Assembly: GCA_946621465.1 (NCBI GenBank)
Contig: CAMOOO010000006.1
Coordinates: 21,998 to 85,997 of the forward strand
Reading direction: 5' to 3'
Origin: an uncultured Clostridia bacterium
GTDB taxonomy: Bacteria; Bacillota; Clostridia; Christensenellales; DTU072
Length of the DNA stretch: 64,000 nt
Under the pieces are notes generated by a model, which saw only the letters and a list, made by a program, of their open reading frames with translations, ran no database searches and was not told where the DNA came from. Within the stretch, counting starts at the first letter, position 1. Each line of letters begins with the position of its first letter. This document shows positions 1-8,665 of this stretch, piece after piece. A program made the translations under genes and the position numbers.

Positions 1-857
1 TTTCCGTTCTCTCCGGGCTAAAAAAGGTCACCGCGCCTTTCGTCCTCATCCACGACGGCGCCCGGCCGTTCGTTACGACCGCGCTACTTCAAAAGTTATG
101 TGAAGAAGTCGCCGTTCATCGCTCCGCCGTCCCATATCTTCCGGCTACCGACACCATGCGCCGCCGCGTTGGAGAGGGGCATGAACTATGCGACCGTTCG
201 GAATACATTTTTTTACAGACGCCGCAGGCGTTTGACACCCAAGAAATCAAAAGAGCCTACGCCCTCACAGGCCAAAGCGAGACGGACGACAGCACCCTTT
301 ACGAAAAGCACGTCGGACCCTGCCACTACGTCGAAGGGGACTTTGCCAATAAAAAAATCACTCGGCCGGAGGATCTCTTTGGTTCCAACGCCCTCGTCGG
401 CACCGGATTCGACATTCACCGACTGGTGGAAGGACGGGCGATGCGCCTATGCGGCGTTACCATTCCCTATCCCTTAGGCGAAGAAGCGCACAGTGACGGC
501 GACGCACCCGTTCACGCGCTGATGGACGCCATACTCACCGCTCTCTCCCTGCCCGACATCGGACACCTTTTCCCGGACACCGACCCTGCCTACAAGGACA
601 TAGACAGCACCCTGCTTCTTACTAAAGTCGTCCGGCTTGTGCGCGAAAAAAATCGGCAGATCATCTCCGCCGACGTCGTAATTCTCCTGGAAAAACCCAA
701 AGTCGCACCCTTTCTTACCCAAATGCGGAATACACTCGCCGCCCTTATCGGCATTTCACCGGTAAAATTAGGCATTTCCGCCACTACCACCGAAAAAGTC
801 GGTCTTATCGGTCAAAACCAAGCCGTCGCCGCTTTAGCTGTAGTAAGTATTTTATAA
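1..857 (+). CDS. ispDF: Bifunctional IspD/IspF (MEP cytidylyltransferase / MEcPP synthase), 5' end outside the window
   Basis: Frame 3 is open from base 3. Translation has the IspD motif VLIHDGARPF, then IspF motifs GTGFDIHRL, HSDGD and DIGHLFPDTD. Stop TAA at 855-857. Confidence 0.9.
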   Translation, partial: SVLSGLKKVTAPFVLIHDGARPFVTTALLQKLCEEVAVHRSAVPYLPATDTMRRRVGEGHELCDRSEYIFLQTPQAFDTQEIKRAYALTGQSETDDSTLYEKHVGPCHYVEGDFANKKITRPEDLFGSNALVGTGFDIHRLVEGRAMRLCGVTIPYPLGEEAHSDGDAPVHALMDAILTALSLPDIGHLFPDTDPAYKDIDSTLLLTKVVRLVREKNRQIISADVVILLEKPKVAPFLTQMRNTLAALIGISPVKLGISATTTEKVGLIGQNQAVAALAVVSIL

Positions 858-937
858 ATTGAGTTTTCGGGGGCGACAACCTTTTTCGATAAAAAGGTTC
901 TTCGCCCCCGAACCCCCACTTTCCAAAAACCTTTGCC
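852..937. repeat. Long-hairpin intergenic element, copy a (stem TTCGGGGGCGA..TCGCCCCCGAA, tail CACTTTCCAAAAACC)
   Basis: Near-identical to 43663-43748. Hairpin about 865-912 with apical CTTTTT-CGAT-AAAAAG. Starts inside the last codons and stop of ispDF. Confidence 0.9.
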
Positions 938-971
938 ATTTTATTTATAGAAGTTTTGCTTTTTATAATAT

Positions 972-1057
972 TTAAAAGTCTTTTGAGTGAGGGTACGGGA
1001 GAGGGCATTTTCTGCCGAGAAAAGTCCTCTCCCGCTCGCACGCTCAACAAAAGTTTT
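972..1057. repeat. Long-hairpin intergenic element, copy i, inverted relative to copy a
   Basis: Perfect 9-bp basal stem CGGGAGAGG (996-1004) / CCTCTCCCG (1026-1034) with inner TTTTCT..AGAAAA. The left flank TAAAAGTCTTTTGAGTGAGGG resembles the tail of copies c and h. Abuts the stop of the DUF1540 gene. Confidence 0.75.
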
Positions 1058-1360
1058 TTATGGTTTAACGCGTGTGGCGCATTTGACGGAAAATATGGAA
1101 TCGGTCAATTTTATAGACGTTGCGTGGCAACGGTTATCCTCGTTATAGACGCACAGGGCGTCGCACTGTACGACGGAGGGTGCGTCCTGCAAAAACTCCT
1201 CCCCTGCTTCCATTTCTTTAAAGGTCTGCTCAAGCGCGCCGCCGGAGCGTTTGATACGGCTTTGGCAGGCGGTCTTTTCATTGACGGTAATAAGGCCTGC
1301 GTCGCAGTGACCTTTCAGATTGTGTTTACAATTGTTACAAGTACATTTTAATTGCATCAT
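1058..1360 (-). CDS. Small Cys-rich protein, DUF1540-like
   Basis: 100-aa ORF with two Cys/His-rich half-domains (CTCNNCKHNLKGHCDA and CDALCVYNEDNRCHA), typical of Firmicutes DUF1540 proteins. The opposite-strand ORF 956-1351 has no recognisable features. Confidence 0.6.
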   Translation of the reverse strand: MMQLKCTCNNCKHNLKGHCDAGLITVNEKTACQSRIKRSGGALEQTFKEMEAGEEFLQDAPSVVQCDALCVYNEDNRCHATSIKLTDSIFSVKCATRVKP

Positions 1361-1443
1361 ACTATTTTTCTCCTTGTGGAACTAGTATGTGAATAATCGG
1401 TTTTATTATTACGCCGCTTAATTACTTTTCTCGATCGAAGGGG

Positions 1444-1472
1444 TGGACAAAACGAAAAGAATGCGTTATACT
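1444..1472 (+). promoter_or_regulatory. Putative sigma-A promoter of rplI
   Basis: TGGACA (1444-1449), 17-nt spacer, TATACT (1467-1472). AGGAGG RBS at 1484-1489 before ATG 1496. Confidence 0.45.
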
Positions 1473-1495
1473 TTTATAAAACGAGGAGGTATCCG

Positions 1496-1936
1496 ATGAA
1501 AGTTATTTTATTGACCGATATTAAGTCCCTGGGTAAAAAGGGCGATTTAGTGACCGTAGCCGACAGCTACGCAAAGAACTTTCTCATCCCGAAAAAAATG
1601 GTTGCTGAGGCAACCAAATCAGCGCAAAACGAGCGCAATCAGAAGATAGCCAGCGAGGAAAGGAAAAGAGCGGAAGAAAAAGCCGCCGCGTTGGAAATGT
1701 ATAAAAAGATCAACGGCACCACCGTTTCCGTCCCCATGAAGTGTAACGACGGAAGAATGTACGGGAGCGTAACAAACGCCGACGTAGCCAAAGCACTCGC
1801 CGACATCGGATACGTCGTCGACAAAAAGAAGATCACCGTCCCCTCCGGGATAAAGAGTTTGGGTACCTACTCCGCAGAAGTATGGTGCTATAAAGAAACG
1901 GTGGCAAAAATCACCATCGAAGTCGTCGCCCAATAA
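1496..1936 (+). CDS. rplI: 50S ribosomal protein L9
   Basis: MKVILLTDIKSLGKKGDLVTVADSYAKNFLIPKK is the canonical L9 N-terminus. 146 aa with a strong RBS. Confidence 0.95.
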   Translation: MKVILLTDIKSLGKKGDLVTVADSYAKNFLIPKKMVAEATKSAQNERNQKIASEERKRAEEKAAALEMYKKINGTTVSVPMKCNDGRMYGSVTNADVAKALADIGYVVDKKKITVPSGIKSLGTYSAEVWCYKETVAKITIEVVAQ

Positions 1937-2169
1937 CCACGACGCGCGCACGCGCACAAACATTATTAAAATATTAAAATAAAATATATAAATAAAGCGG
2001 TCCCGATAACCGGAATACCCATAGGGATTTTTCAGTAAAGCATTTAATTTCAGATGTAAGCGTGGCAATAGTCTGTCACGCTTATTTTTTTGCCCGTGGC
2101 AAAATTGCCAAGCCTACGTGACCAAAAATGTTTTGGCGAAAGTAGGCTACACTTTTTTATAAAATCTTT

Positions 2170-2370
2170 TTGCAAAATAAGCAGGCATTTTTAGCATTTC
2201 AAAGCGGTGAATACGAGTTGGGAGAAATGGATGGGCATGGACAAAGAATCAATATTGTGATAAACTTAAAAAGAAGAGATACCGGGGCGATGGTTCCGTT
2301 TGTTTCCGGCTGGATGTCATACCCGAGTGGAAAATTGGTTTTGATTACACCTTTTGGAGGAAGAGTATGA
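2170..2370 (+). CDS. Short ORF resembling only the C-terminal half of DUF6883-type proteins (possible remnant)
   Basis: TTG start with an in-frame stop at 2143-2145, so no longer version is possible. The end ...VSGWMSYPSGKLVLITPFGG resembles the conserved DUF6883 C-terminus (from memory). ATGA overlap with the next ORF. Confidence 0.35.
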   Translation: MQNKQAFLAFQSGEYELGEMDGHGQRINIVINLKRRDTGAMVPFVSGWMSYPSGKLVLITPFGGRV

Positions 2371-2591
2371 AAGTATTGGATAAAGTTAAATTTATAAAAG
2401 ACAGAGCCGAATACCGGGACAGAGGTGTAAATATCGGCGATACGGGAACGGTATTAGGGGAAGAGCGTAACGGTTATGTATTAGTCGTTATTGAAGGCGA
2501 AATATATCAAAATAAAGACGGTGTATATTGTACGACAGATATAGATATAGGAGCAAGAGTCGAAGATCTGGAAGTCGTAAAAGAAAGCTAA
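2367..2591 (+). CDS. DUF4926-like small protein
   Basis: 74 aa. The pattern DKVKFIKD...GVNIGDTGTVLGE...YVLVVIEGEIY...LEVV fits the SH3-like DUF4926 fold family. Translationally coupled (ATGA) to the upstream ORF. Confidence 0.5.
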   Translation: MKVLDKVKFIKDRAEYRDRGVNIGDTGTVLGEERNGYVLVVIEGEIYQNKDGVYCTTDIDIGARVEDLEVVKES

Positions 2592-2595
2592 AGGC

Positions 2596-2632
2596 TGCAC
2601 CGCTGAATATTATTTTCAGCGGTGCGTTTATT
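2596..2632 (+). terminator. Rho-independent terminator
   Basis: GCACCGCTGAA (2596-2606) / TTCAGCGGTGC (2615-2625), followed by a T-rich tract. Confidence 0.6.
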
Positions 2633-2853
2633 AATCCCTATCGGCACCCGCCTTATTTCGAGACCGTTTTATTATTATCCCAAAAAGTCTGGATCGATTT
2701 TTCGGGGACCCCGCAACACTAGCCCTGAAGGGCAGAATAATATACCAAAACCCGGCTCTATCCCCATGGCCTGTATTCAATGGAAAGAACCGGGTTTTTA
2801 TTACTATTTATTGTTTATTGCAAGCGTAAAGATCTACGCTATGTCCGCTCCGA

Positions 2854-4281
2854 CTATTTATTTTTCTTTGCCTTTCTTCTCATCGGATAATAGAAGAACA
2901 ACAATACCAGCAACAACACCGAGCAAAGCGCGCTGATCCAGGTGAGCGAGCTGACGTTAATGGTGAACATATTCAGTATCTTTGACGTCGTTTCTATTTG
3001 CGAATCCGTAGCGCTGGTATTGGCGACTATCTCCGGCAGGTGCTTGATAAGAAGCATCGGCAGTCCAACGAAGAAGACGTGGGGCATCCAACCGAACATA
3101 CGGGGGAAGAATAATCCGACCGTCTTATTCTTGGAAACGATGGTTTTGATGATGACTTTTATCAGGACGTACGCCCAGCAAGCAGCAACGAACAGCAAGA
3201 AATAGCCGATCACGGAAACAATGGTACCGGCGGTTTCCACCGCTTCGTCACCCATAGCGCCCATGATTTTTTCTACGATGTAGGCTTTTACATCGTCCAT
3301 GGATTGGAATTTCTTCTCACCGGACGCTTCCTCCTCTTCTGCCGCGTTTTTAGCACCGGAAGAACTGTTCTTATCTTCCATGATTCCCGTTTGATTCAAC
3401 AGGGCAATAACGATGGTTTCCGAGCTGAATTCTCCGTCGATGGAGAAACTGTCTACCATTTCGTTATAGTTTTTGATCATATCGTCTATGTACGCTTCCG
3501 CTTTGGCGTCCAGTTCGTCGTCGGTGTATCCGCTCGGCATATCGCTCTTGCATGCGAGCCTGGCGACTTTGAACAGGGTCTCGTCCGTTTGCATAAAGGT
3601 GATGCAGGATTGGGTATCGCCCTCCAGCATTTTGCCCATGTTATCCATAAAGTTGTCGATCATGGTGTCGATCGCGGCGAGGCTGATGCCTTCTTTTGCC
3701 AGTTCCTCATCCATTTTTTCCTCGGAAATATCGGACTCTGCCATTTGCTTTTTCAATTCCTCTTTGATAGCGGCCTTTGCCTCTTCTACCGCCATTTTAA
3801 TGACGGCTTTTATGCTGACGTTGACGACGCTATCGACGCTGCTCGATACTTCGTCAACCAAGTTATTGACCTGGTCGCTAATCAGTTCCTGAACGGCTTC
3901 TTTCGACTGACCGAACGCGCTCTTTGCCATTGACGGTCCTTTGAGTTGCAGACTGATGCCGAATTCCAGCTTGAAGTCGTCGTCCAGATATTTCAGGACG
4001 TCTTCCATTGTCATTCCGGTCGACTCTTCTTCGGCAGCTTTGATACCGACAGCCATGTTGTCCGCCTCTTCCGAGCTGTCGGACGAACCGTTAGAACTGT
4101 CCGCACTGCCCATTAGTGTAATAAGGGTATCCTTATCGACGGTCAATTTGATATCGGCTTTCCAAAAATCACCGATGAGCAAAGTTACGATTGACACAAC
4201 GCAAAGAACTGCAATGATAATGTTGCAGATGATTATCGCGCCGTTATTCGAACCTGCTCCTCCCTCACGTTTTTTACTCAT
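2854..4281 (-). CDS. Hypothetical polytopic membrane protein with an acidic helical ectodomain
   Basis: 475-aa ORF with an N-terminal TM (AIIICNIIIAVLCVVSIVTLLIG), a long D/E/S-rich region and three or more C-terminal TM helices. GGAGG-like RBS. No family recognised. Confidence 0.6.
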   Translation of the reverse strand: MSKKREGGAGSNNGAIIICNIIIAVLCVVSIVTLLIGDFWKADIKLTVDKDTLITLMGSADSSNGSSDSSEEADNMAVGIKAAEEESTGMTMEDVLKYLDDDFKLEFGISLQLKGPSMAKSAFGQSKEAVQELISDQVNNLVDEVSSSVDSVVNVSIKAVIKMAVEEAKAAIKEELKKQMAESDISEEKMDEELAKEGISLAAIDTMIDNFMDNMGKMLEGDTQSCITFMQTDETLFKVARLACKSDMPSGYTDDELDAKAEAYIDDMIKNYNEMVDSFSIDGEFSSETIVIALLNQTGIMEDKNSSSGAKNAAEEEEASGEKKFQSMDDVKAYIVEKIMGAMGDEAVETAGTIVSVIGYFLLFVAACWAYVLIKVIIKTIVSKNKTVGLFFPRMFGWMPHVFFVGLPMLLIKHLPEIVANTSATDSQIETTSKILNMFTINVSSLTWISALCSVLLLVLLFFYYPMRRKAKKNK

Positions 4282-4319
4282 AATAAACCTCCTTTGAGTA
4301 AACTTTTTCTATTAGTATT

Positions 4320-5114
4320 TTATTCGGCAATATCGCCGACATTATCAACAATATAACCGGGACGGTAGGGGAACCTTTTTATATTCTCCAGCGTTGAGAC
4401 CCCGGTCAGTACCAATACGGACGTCAGACCGGATTCGATACCGGCAATGATATCGGTATCCATTCTGTCCCCGATCATGACGGCGTCCGCCGAGTGGATA
4501 TTCATCATATGTAGCGCCGTACGCATCATCAGCGGATTGGGCTTGCCGACGTAATAGGCTTGCATCCCCGTCGTCAGTTCGATGGGAGAAACAAGCGCCC
4601 GACAGGCAGGTACGTTCCCTTTCTCGTTGGGATAGGTCAGGTCGCTGTTGGTGCCGATCAGCCGCGCGCCCTTTTCCACCAAGCGCATTGCCTTGCACAT
4701 GGCGTCAAGGTTATAATTATAGGTCTCCCCGATAACGACGTAATCGGGATCGTAATCGTTAATGGAGATCCCGGCCGCATAGAGCGCGTTATATAAATAA
4801 GGTTCGCCTACGACAAAAGCACTACACCCGGGTGCCTGTTTGTTCAAAAACCGCGCCGTTGCCTGCGCGCTGGTATAGAAATGGCTCTCGTCCACTTCCA
4901 ATCCCATGCGAGCTAACTTCGTCTCTAAATCTTTGGGCGATTTTCCGCTGTTGTTGGTCAAAAACAGGAACTCTTTTTTGTTCTGTTTGAGCCACTTCAA
5001 AAAAACTTTCACCCCGGGAATGATCTCGTTCCCGTGATAAATGACGCCGTCCATATCGCATATGAAGGCGCTTTTTTTGCGGACCTCGTTTATATCTTTT
5101 TCAAAGTAAATCAT
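4320..5114 (-). CDS. HAD-IIA family hydrolase (NagD-like sugar phosphatase)
   Basis: DMDGVIYHG nucleophile motif, LTNNS, GKPNP and GDRMDTDI motifs. 4-bp overlap with upstream ppiB. Confidence 0.85.
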   Translation of the reverse strand: MIYFEKDINEVRKKSAFICDMDGVIYHGNEIIPGVKVFLKWLKQNKKEFLFLTNNSGKSPKDLETKLARMGLEVDESHFYTSAQATARFLNKQAPGCSAFVVGEPYLYNALYAAGISINDYDPDYVVIGETYNYNLDAMCKAMRLVEKGARLIGTNSDLTYPNEKGNVPACRALVSPIELTTGMQAYYVGKPNPLMMRTALHMMNIHSADAVMIGDRMDTDIIAGIESGLTSVLVLTGVSTLENIKRFPYRPGYIVDNVGDIAE

Positions 5115-5617
5115 CTTTCTACGAAATACACCTCTTTCATCCTCTGCGCGTTGATCGGTTTATCCATTCTGTTGGTAGGCGTAGAGGCGATCTTATCCAA
5201 AGTGTCCATACCCTCCACCAGTTTACCGAAACCGGCATATTGTCCGTCTAAGTAAGGTACGGCGGCATGACAGATAAAGAACTGACTGGTCGCGCTGTTG
5301 GGGTCGGACGTACGCGCCATGGACAGCACTCCTTTCGTATGCAAAAGGGTATTGTTTACGCCGTTCGCGATGAACTCCCCTTTTATTCTCTTATTGCTCC
5401 CACCGGTACCGTTGCCCAGCGGATCGCCGCCCTGGATGACGAACCCGGGAATAACGCGGTGAAAAATAAGACCGTCATAAAATCCCTCTGCCACCAGCTC
5501 GCGGAAATTGGCGCAAGTAATAGGCGCCACGTCGTCGTAAAGCTGCGCTACCATGTAGCTACCGTCTTCCATCTCGATTTTTACAAAAGACGTTTTTTTA
5601 TTGGTTTTCCGATACAT
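5111..5617 (-). CDS. ppiB: Cyclophilin-type peptidyl-prolyl cis-trans isomerase
   Basis: [19 protein letters not shown] and SMAR...NSATSQFFI motifs. Start placed at ATG 5617 (AGAGGAAG RBS) rather than the ORF-track start 5656. Confidence 0.9.
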   Translation of the reverse strand: MYRKTNKKTSFVKIEMEDGSYMVAQLYDDVAPITCANFRELVAEGFYDGLIFHRVIPGFVIQGGDPLGNGTGGSNKRIKGEFIANGVNNTLLHTKGVLSMARTSDPNSATSQFFICHAAVPYLDGQYAGFGKLVEGMDTLDKIASTPTNRMDKPINAQRMKEVYFVER

Positions 5618-5898
5618 ATACTTCCTCTTTATTTTTATCTGTAAAAATAATACCAAAAAATAAGCATTTTGTCAAAGGGAATAAACAAAAAGGTGTGCCG
5701 CTTATTTAGTCCTTTACCCTCGCAAAACGAAGCACTCGTTTTCCCATAAGAAATTATTTTTGTTATAAAAAGATTTGTTTTGCCTAAAATGCGAATAAAA
5801 GAGCGCAATATCGCAGACATCAGCAAAAATTTCACTTGCATTATTTCGTTGCAGCGTCTCTCGTTTTTTGCACAAAATCGCCTAAAATTTTCCATACT

Positions 5899-5928
5899 AA
5901 AAAAAACGGATTGACTAATCAATCCGCT
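5899..5928 (-). terminator. Rho-independent terminator
   Basis: On the minus strand GCGGATTGA..TCAATCCGT followed by T7, immediately after the stop at 5945. Confidence 0.5.
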
Positions 5929-5944
5929 TTATTATGACTTTTTA

Positions 5945-6709
5945 TCAACCGAACACGTTGTAGTCGTCGGTGATCATTTTCAGTGCCTTGTAGAACTTGT
6001 AGTAATAAATAATGGGTCCTATTCCCAAGAGCAACGCTCCGAAGAATCCCCAGCCCCAGTAGGTCGCCTCGTCGAATCTGTACTTTATGTTGCGTCTCTT
6101 CAGTTCCGAACCGATACGCGCGCTGAGGTTATTGAAATAAACGATGCCGTACAGCCCGAGGGTGATAATGGAGAAGAACACGCCCATGCAGTAATAGGGG
6201 GTGTTTTTGTGGTCGTACTCGCTCGCGATCAGATTGATCTCCTGGCTGACGTGGCTAAGTACCACCAGTTCGGCAATCCCGATCAGGATAACGAACACTA
6301 CGCTCAGCGCAAAGCTAAGCCCGGCGCAAAGAATTACGTCGCTGAAAAGCTCTTTGTTGCCGGTAGACTCAAGCGTCCCGTCCAAAAGGTCGAACAGGGG
6401 CTTTGCCAGGTCTTTTACTTTGTCTAAAATGCCTGCAATAAAATCCACGTCTTTGAGCAAGAAGATGACGAGGGCAGGAAGAACGAGGGAAACAAGCCAC
6501 GTAATGACTTTCAGAACGGGCAGGATACCTCTATTGCGTTTTTTGATGGGTACGGGTTCAAAGAAGAACATGGAGTTGTCGTTCGGAGCCATTCCGCCTT
6601 GCATGGGATAGGGATTCATCATCGGTTGCATCTCATAGGGCTGCGGATAATTATAGACTGCCGAAATATTCGACTGCTTTTCCTTTTTCTTCGAGGCTTT
6701 ACGAGACAT
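5945..6709 (-). CDS. Membrane protein with a Pro/Met-rich N-terminus, possibly DUF4234-type
   Basis: 254 aa. N-terminal PYEMQPMMNPYPMQGGMAPN, four predicted TM helices, and LGLYGIVYF.. plus GPIIYYYKFYK motifs reminiscent of DUF4234. Confidence 0.55.
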   Translation of the reverse strand: MSRKASKKKEKQSNISAVYNYPQPYEMQPMMNPYPMQGGMAPNDNSMFFFEPVPIKKRNRGILPVLKVITWLVSLVLPALVIFLLKDVDFIAGILDKVKDLAKPLFDLLDGTLESTGNKELFSDVILCAGLSFALSVVFVILIGIAELVVLSHVSQEINLIASEYDHKNTPYYCMGVFFSIITLGLYGIVYFNNLSARIGSELKRRNIKYRFDEATYWGWGFFGALLLGIGPIIYYYKFYKALKMITDDYNVFG

Positions 6710-6792
6710 AACTACTCCTTGTTCATTATACTACATATAATATATTATATCACCGCAAGAAAAAAGTCAATATATAAATTGAAAATTTTTAC

Positions 6793-8445
6793 CTATCCAC
6801 AGATATAAACCAAAGCCGAGCGTCCGTTCACACTGCCCTTTAGCACTTCCGTTAGTTCCTCGTCCCTGCCTAAAATGGGGTTACGGACCTTTTTTGCGGA
6901 GCGATATTCGATATATTCTTCCGTTTTCAGCAGTTTTTCGTCAATTTCGTACCGTTTCGGTTCGTCGGATTTATTGAAGATACAGAGGGCGGTTCCCCTT
7001 TCGAGGGGTTTAACAAGGACGTCCACGTCCCCTTTTATAATCCGTTTGCACTGTTTACCCAAGGGGTCCTGGTCGATTGCGATCAGTTCTTTATTGGTAA
7101 CGAGGGCGCATATCTCGTCGCTCATCACCCGGATGTCGTTCCCTAAGATAAGGGGGGATGCCATCATGCACCAGACGATGAAGTGGGCTTCGCTCTCGTT
7201 GTAGGTCAGATCGCCCACCCCAACTTCCAACATATCGGGGTCGTTCCAGTGTCCGGGACAGGCGTACTTATAGATCTGCACGTTGTGTTCGTAGTTGTGT
7301 AAGATGCTTTTCCAGTTCTCTTTTATATCGCCCGTCGTCCGCCACAGGTTACCTGCGCTCTTTCCCCACAAATGGGGATTGGCATTGTTCCCTTCGCATA
7401 TGGAAAAGACCATTTTCTTTTCCGGTTTTCCGGTTTCCGAAGCGACGTCTTTGGTTGCCTGCATCGTGGCAGCGTAGATATCCTGATACTGGAGCATATC
7501 ACAGGTTGCTTTGTTCTTTATGGGGTTAAACAACTCTATAGAATTGACACCCTTTTTCAGCTGCACGGCAAAGTGCAGTTCGTAGTCTTCCAGCCATATC
7601 CTCTTTGACGGGACGACGGCGGTATGCAGCCTTTCGCCGTTAATAAGCACGCCCAAAAACTTTTCGTGTCCGTTCTTTTCGGTCATGTGGACGGTGACGA
7701 TATACTCCCCTGCCTCTTCCGCTTCGTGCCTGAACTCGATCCTACCGTGATTGGCGTCGATGCCGTACACGTAATGGGTAAAAGGCGACGTTTCCATGTA
7801 CATTTTTTTTGGCCATTTAATCTTAAAAACACGGCATTTATGGCAAATTCCTTCCTCGACGCCGTATTTTTTGCCGACTTCGCCTCGTTTGCCGACCAAA
7901 ATACCGGTAACGCGCGGCGCGCAGAAGGAATAATCCACGGAGTGGCAATAGTCCACTTTCCAATACTCTATCCCCCATTTGGCGAAGGTATAGGCGTCCC
8001 GATAGTAGTTGCCGAACGTCCCCGGGTAGTCGCAACAGGTCATCCGTCCGTTGTCGGTATAAATGCCAAGTTTAACGCCCATTTCATTGACCTTTTTGAC
8101 AAGCCACTCCATGCCGTTTGAAAAGCGGATAGGATCGCCGTACAGCTCACCCTTTTGGTTGCGAACTTTGTCCTGCCAACAGTCGTCGATATTGAGATAG
8201 GTATACCCTGCCTCGATCAGCCCCTTTTCTTTGAATGCTTTTGCCGTCTCCAAAATCAAATCCTGATTGATGTTATATTGAAAAGTATTCCAGGTGCTCC
8301 ACCCCATCGGTGGCGTCAACGCCATTCCGTTATCCACCTGCTCGTTGTTAAAAAAAGCAGGGATGGCGTACTCGGACGGGGTCGCAAGCCCTTTCAGAAG
8401 TTTCGCATAGCACACCGGACACATACCGTTTCTCTTTAAATTCAT
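6793..8445 (-). CDS. GH27 alpha-galactosidase with an internal roughly 140-aa insertion
   Basis: PPMGWSTWN, YLNIDDCWQ, WKVDYC, FSICEGN and WNDPDMLEVG motifs of GH27/melibiase. Start moved to ATG 8445 (GAGG about 8 nt upstream); the ORF track begins at 8508. Confidence 0.85.
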   Translation of the reverse strand: MNLKRNGMCPVCYAKLLKGLATPSEYAIPAFFNNEQVDNGMALTPPMGWSTWNTFQYNINQDLILETAKAFKEKGLIEAGYTYLNIDDCWQDKVRNQKGELYGDPIRFSNGMEWLVKKVNEMGVKLGIYTDNGRMTCCDYPGTFGNYYRDAYTFAKWGIEYWKVDYCHSVDYSFCAPRVTGILVGKRGEVGKKYGVEEGICHKCRVFKIKWPKKMYMETSPFTHYVYGIDANHGRIEFRHEAEEAGEYIVTVHMTEKNGHEKFLGVLINGERLHTAVVPSKRIWLEDYELHFAVQLKKGVNSIELFNPIKNKATCDMLQYQDIYAATMQATKDVASETGKPEKKMVFSICEGNNANPHLWGKSAGNLWRTTGDIKENWKSILHNYEHNVQIYKYACPGHWNDPDMLEVGVGDLTYNESEAHFIVWCMMASPLILGNDIRVMSDEICALVTNKELIAIDQDPLGKQCKRIIKGDVDVLVKPLERGTALCIFNKSDEPKRYEIDEKLLKTEEYIEYRSAKKVRNPILGRDEELTEVLKGSVNGRSALVYICG

Positions 8446-8665
8446 TTTATTGCCTCTACTGTAAATTACGGATAGGAATATTATAGCAAGAAAGAGTGAA
8501 AAATGCAATACTAAACAAAATTGAATTAGGGATATTTAATTATAGCTGAATTGTAAAATATATTTCCCGGTCGATTTATGGGAGAGCGGGGCGTTGGCGT
8601 CCTTGACAAAATTTATAAAGAGGTTTACTATAATACAAAATACCGACTCATCGGAGGAAAGATCG

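Noticed and set aside
100-477. 125-aa plus-strand ORF in frame 1 at the window start
   Set aside because: It overlaps the ispDF frame, which carries clear IspD and IspF motifs. Its own translation is Pro/Arg/Ser/Thr-rich with no features.
956-1351. 131-aa plus-strand ORF opposite the DUF1540 gene
   Set aside because: The minus-strand frame shows the duplicated Cys/His pattern of DUF1540. The plus-strand frame starts inside hairpin element i and has no RBS.
8446-8508. Hydrophobic 21-aa extension (MHFSLFLAIIFLSVIYSRGNK) that could be a signal peptide for the GH27 enzyme
   Set aside because: There is no RBS before 8508, whereas ATG 8445 has GAGG at the right distance. The extension ends in charged residues without a cleavage motif. 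I kept it as an open possibility in the feature evidence only.
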